NCBI RefSeq assembly: GCF_964213995.1
Contig: NC_135808.1
Coordinates: 69,192,001 to 69,256,000, forward strand
Source: Mustelus asterias
Taxonomy: Eukaryota
Length of the DNA: 64,000 nucleotides
Direction of reading: 5' to 3'
The position numbers and the translations under genes are program-made. How positions within the stretch are numbered: position 1 is the first letter of the stretch; each line of letters begins with the position of its first letter. Below are positions 61,770-64,000 of the stretch, piece by piece. Under the pieces are notes generated by a model, which ran no database searches, was not told the DNA's origin, and saw only the letters and a program-made list of their open reading frames with translations.

Positions 61770-63038
61770 TTAAATAAATGTCGCTGCCTGGGCAGTGTGG
61801 TCGCGGAGCTGCAGTGGAGAAGGGGTCTCGGTGCGATACGCGGCGACAGCAGCTAGCCTGGGCACAAAACCTTTACAAATTGCACTTATACAGACTGACA
61901 GCACACAGCAAGCAATGACTATGCCAATTAGAATCATGGCTCCCTGTATTAAAAATGTCCCCCATGATCCCCCCATCAGCCAATCCATCCAGCTGCTGTT
62001 GGGGGATCTCATATAGTTTTGTCACTTCGTTGTGAATGTGTTCCAGTAGATTCGTGGGGTTCTCTGAGGCGTCAGGGATGTATGTGCAGCATTCTGTTCC
62101 TATTAAGGCACAGGTACCTCCCTTACTCGCAAGGAGATAATCTAAGGCTAGGCGGTTCTGTAGGGCCACTGTCCTAAGGGCTATCAGCTCGCTGTTTACC
62201 TTTGCCACAGCCTCCGCAGTAGCATTAGCAACTTCTGTGAGTTCGCCCATCTGTAATCCTAGCCCTCCCAGGGAAGGAAAAAGGAATCCCAGGTATGAAA
62301 AGACCCCCCTCCTCTGCCTACCCCCCTTCCATCGGGGATGGTCCTTTAGGGTGGGGATGTGGTGTATGTAGGGAATAGCATAGCCTCGATAGCATGTCCC
62401 TGTCCAGTCATGGGGTAACCAAGGGTATGCCCTGTGACCGCAGACAAAGTAAGTTCCATTATAAGCAGCAGGGCTGTTTTAAATTCCTGGCTGCAGAAGG
62501 ATCTGCACCGTGCTGTTTGGTGCACACTGGACTCTAAGGGAACTATCAGGTGCTGCTGGCGTAATGTCGAAGGCCTGGTTACAGTCGCTCTTCCCTACTC
62601 TGAGGGCCCTGTCTGTCTCTGTATTGGAAATACAGACTGGCCCGATTGGGCACCCTATCCCAGTGGTGTTTGTCAGGGTCAGGGCGGGTGGCTGGTGTGT
62701 GCGGTCGTAACCCGGCAGTTGCCATTTACCGAGTGTCCCTGCCTTGCACCCAGCAGACTGTAGTTTCTCCCGTATAGATTTAAGGTGGTGCGTGAGGCTC
62801 CTGCCTGCTTCCTGTATAACCCACTCTACGGTCTCTTGGGCTGTCAAAGCGATTGGCCTGAGGGGGATTCCACCTTTGGAATGTGGGTACATATCCAGCA
62901 TTTAGATGCATTCCATTTCTCAGCATATACATGCGACATAGACAAGTACGTATTTACATTCAACTCGCGTCGGTAACGGTTTGAGAGGCAATCTTCCCTG
63001 CTAAGCAGTAAAGCATAAAAACAAACAGCGATATACAT
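61770..63038 (-). pseudogene. env: ERV envelope (gamma-type), frameshifted
   Basis: Signal-like MYIAVCFYALLL; SU CWIC; NGTYFVCG..AYPWLP.DWTGTCY; furin site RQRR; fusion peptide GVFSYLGFLF; ISD LQNRLALDYLL; CX6CC (CALIGTECC); TM helix ILIGIVIACCVL. Confidence 0.93.
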
Positions 63039-63099
63039 CTTCTTGTCCGGTGCTGTGACCTGCCTGAAAAACAGGTACAATGAGCTTGGAGGTACAATT

Positions 63100-64000
63100 A
63101 TTATTATTAGACTCACGTTGCTGGATCATTGCTGTTCTCACATCTTTTAGTTGTGTCCAATGCTTCCATTGCCCCTTACCCCTGATTTCAACGCAGGCGC
63201 AGGTATCCCATTAATGAGGATTCGGTGTGGCCTCGACCACCGGGGCACTAGACCAGGCCTTTCAGGTAGCAATTTAACCATTACTTGGGATCCTGCTTTT
63301 GGCACCGTGGCCTGTTCAGGGTACTGCCTTTCTTTAAGTTCCTGCTGATCTCTCGCCTGCTGTCTCATTTCTTTTAGCTGCTCACTCAGTTCTAATATAT
63401 ATCTGCTGATTTTGTCTTTTAAGTGTCCCAAATCTTCCCCTCCGGTAATTATGCCTTGGGGCAATTGCATGGCCCGCCCGGTCATCAGTTTGTAAGGGGT
63501 TAATCCCATAACGCGATTTGGGGATGCCCTGAGTTTCATAAGCACAGTGGGTCGGACCTCTGTCCACCTGCTGTGTTTTCCATGTAAAGCCTTTGCGAGT
63601 GCGGACTTCAGGGTCCGATTCATCCTCTCTACCAGACCTGAACTCTGTGGATGGTGGGGGATGTGGAACTTCTGCTTTATTCCCATCCACTCGCACGTCT
63701 TTTTCGTAACTGTCCCCATGAAGTGGGTGCCCTGATCGGAGTCGATCTGCAAAGGGACCCCCCATCTGGGAATTACTTCACTCGCTAGGATTTTTGCCAC
63801 AGTGGAAGCGGTGCAATCCCGGGTGGGGAATGCTTCCACCCAGCGGGTGAATTGGTCAATTATGACTAAACAATATCTCTTGCCCCCTGAAGCAGGAAGT
63901 GGTCCCGTGAAATCTATCTGGAGATTTTCCCACGGCCCCCCGGGGGTCTTGGCTGGTGAGCCATTCGGATCTTTATGGGTCTCCCGGGGTTGTGCTGCGC
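63100..64000 (-). pseudogene. pol: ERV pol, integrase core and C-terminus (partial)
   Basis: PWENLQIDFTGP, IIDQFTRWVEAFP, IDSDQGTHF, PQSSGLVERMN (DDE), and WKHWTQLK after a frameshift. Confidence 0.93.

Larger units (their letters stand above)
60958..64000 (-). mobile_element. Class I (gamma/epsilon-like) endogenous retrovirus, 3' part; continues beyond the window
   Basis: IN, env, PPT and LTR in order on the minus strand. Confidence 0.93.

Noticed and set aside
1-64000. CRISPR arrays, operons, rRNA or other prokaryotic systems
   Set aside because: No regularly spaced repeats or gene-dense structure. The DNA is vertebrate, and most ORF-track entries with TTG/GTG starts are spurious.

Overview
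This is eukaryotic genomic DNA. The repeat families (HE1-type V-SINEs, HER1-type CR1 LINEs, DeuSINE, Rex1/Babar, RTE, Penelope) indicate a cartilaginous fish, most likely a shark. No host protein-coding exon was recognised, so the window looks intronic or intergenic and is roughly half transposable elements. The larger elements are a 5'-truncated Gypsy retrotransposon (22.4-26.5 kb, RT motif YLDN) with a sister solo LTR at 37.6 kb, a near-complete decayed CR1 (35.8-40.6 kb) inside a three-level nest of insertions, a twin-primed RTE LINE, several Rex1/Babar copies, Harbinger-type MITEs and a Myb-encoding remnant, and the 3' end of a class I endogenous retrovirus (integrase, gamma-type env, 3' LTR; 61-64 kb, minus strand). 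The most notable signals are: (i) Penelope-derived minimal hammerhead ribozymes with compensatory covariation between copies; (ii) an old LTR-bounded element carrying a decayed coiled-coil ORF instead of RT/IN; (iii) two independent Rex1 copies with the same 5' end; (iv) the ERV env frame continuing about 78 codons into the LTR; and (v) several repair and inversion scars. All family assignments come from motif recognition, not database searches, and the boundaries of old repeats are approximate.
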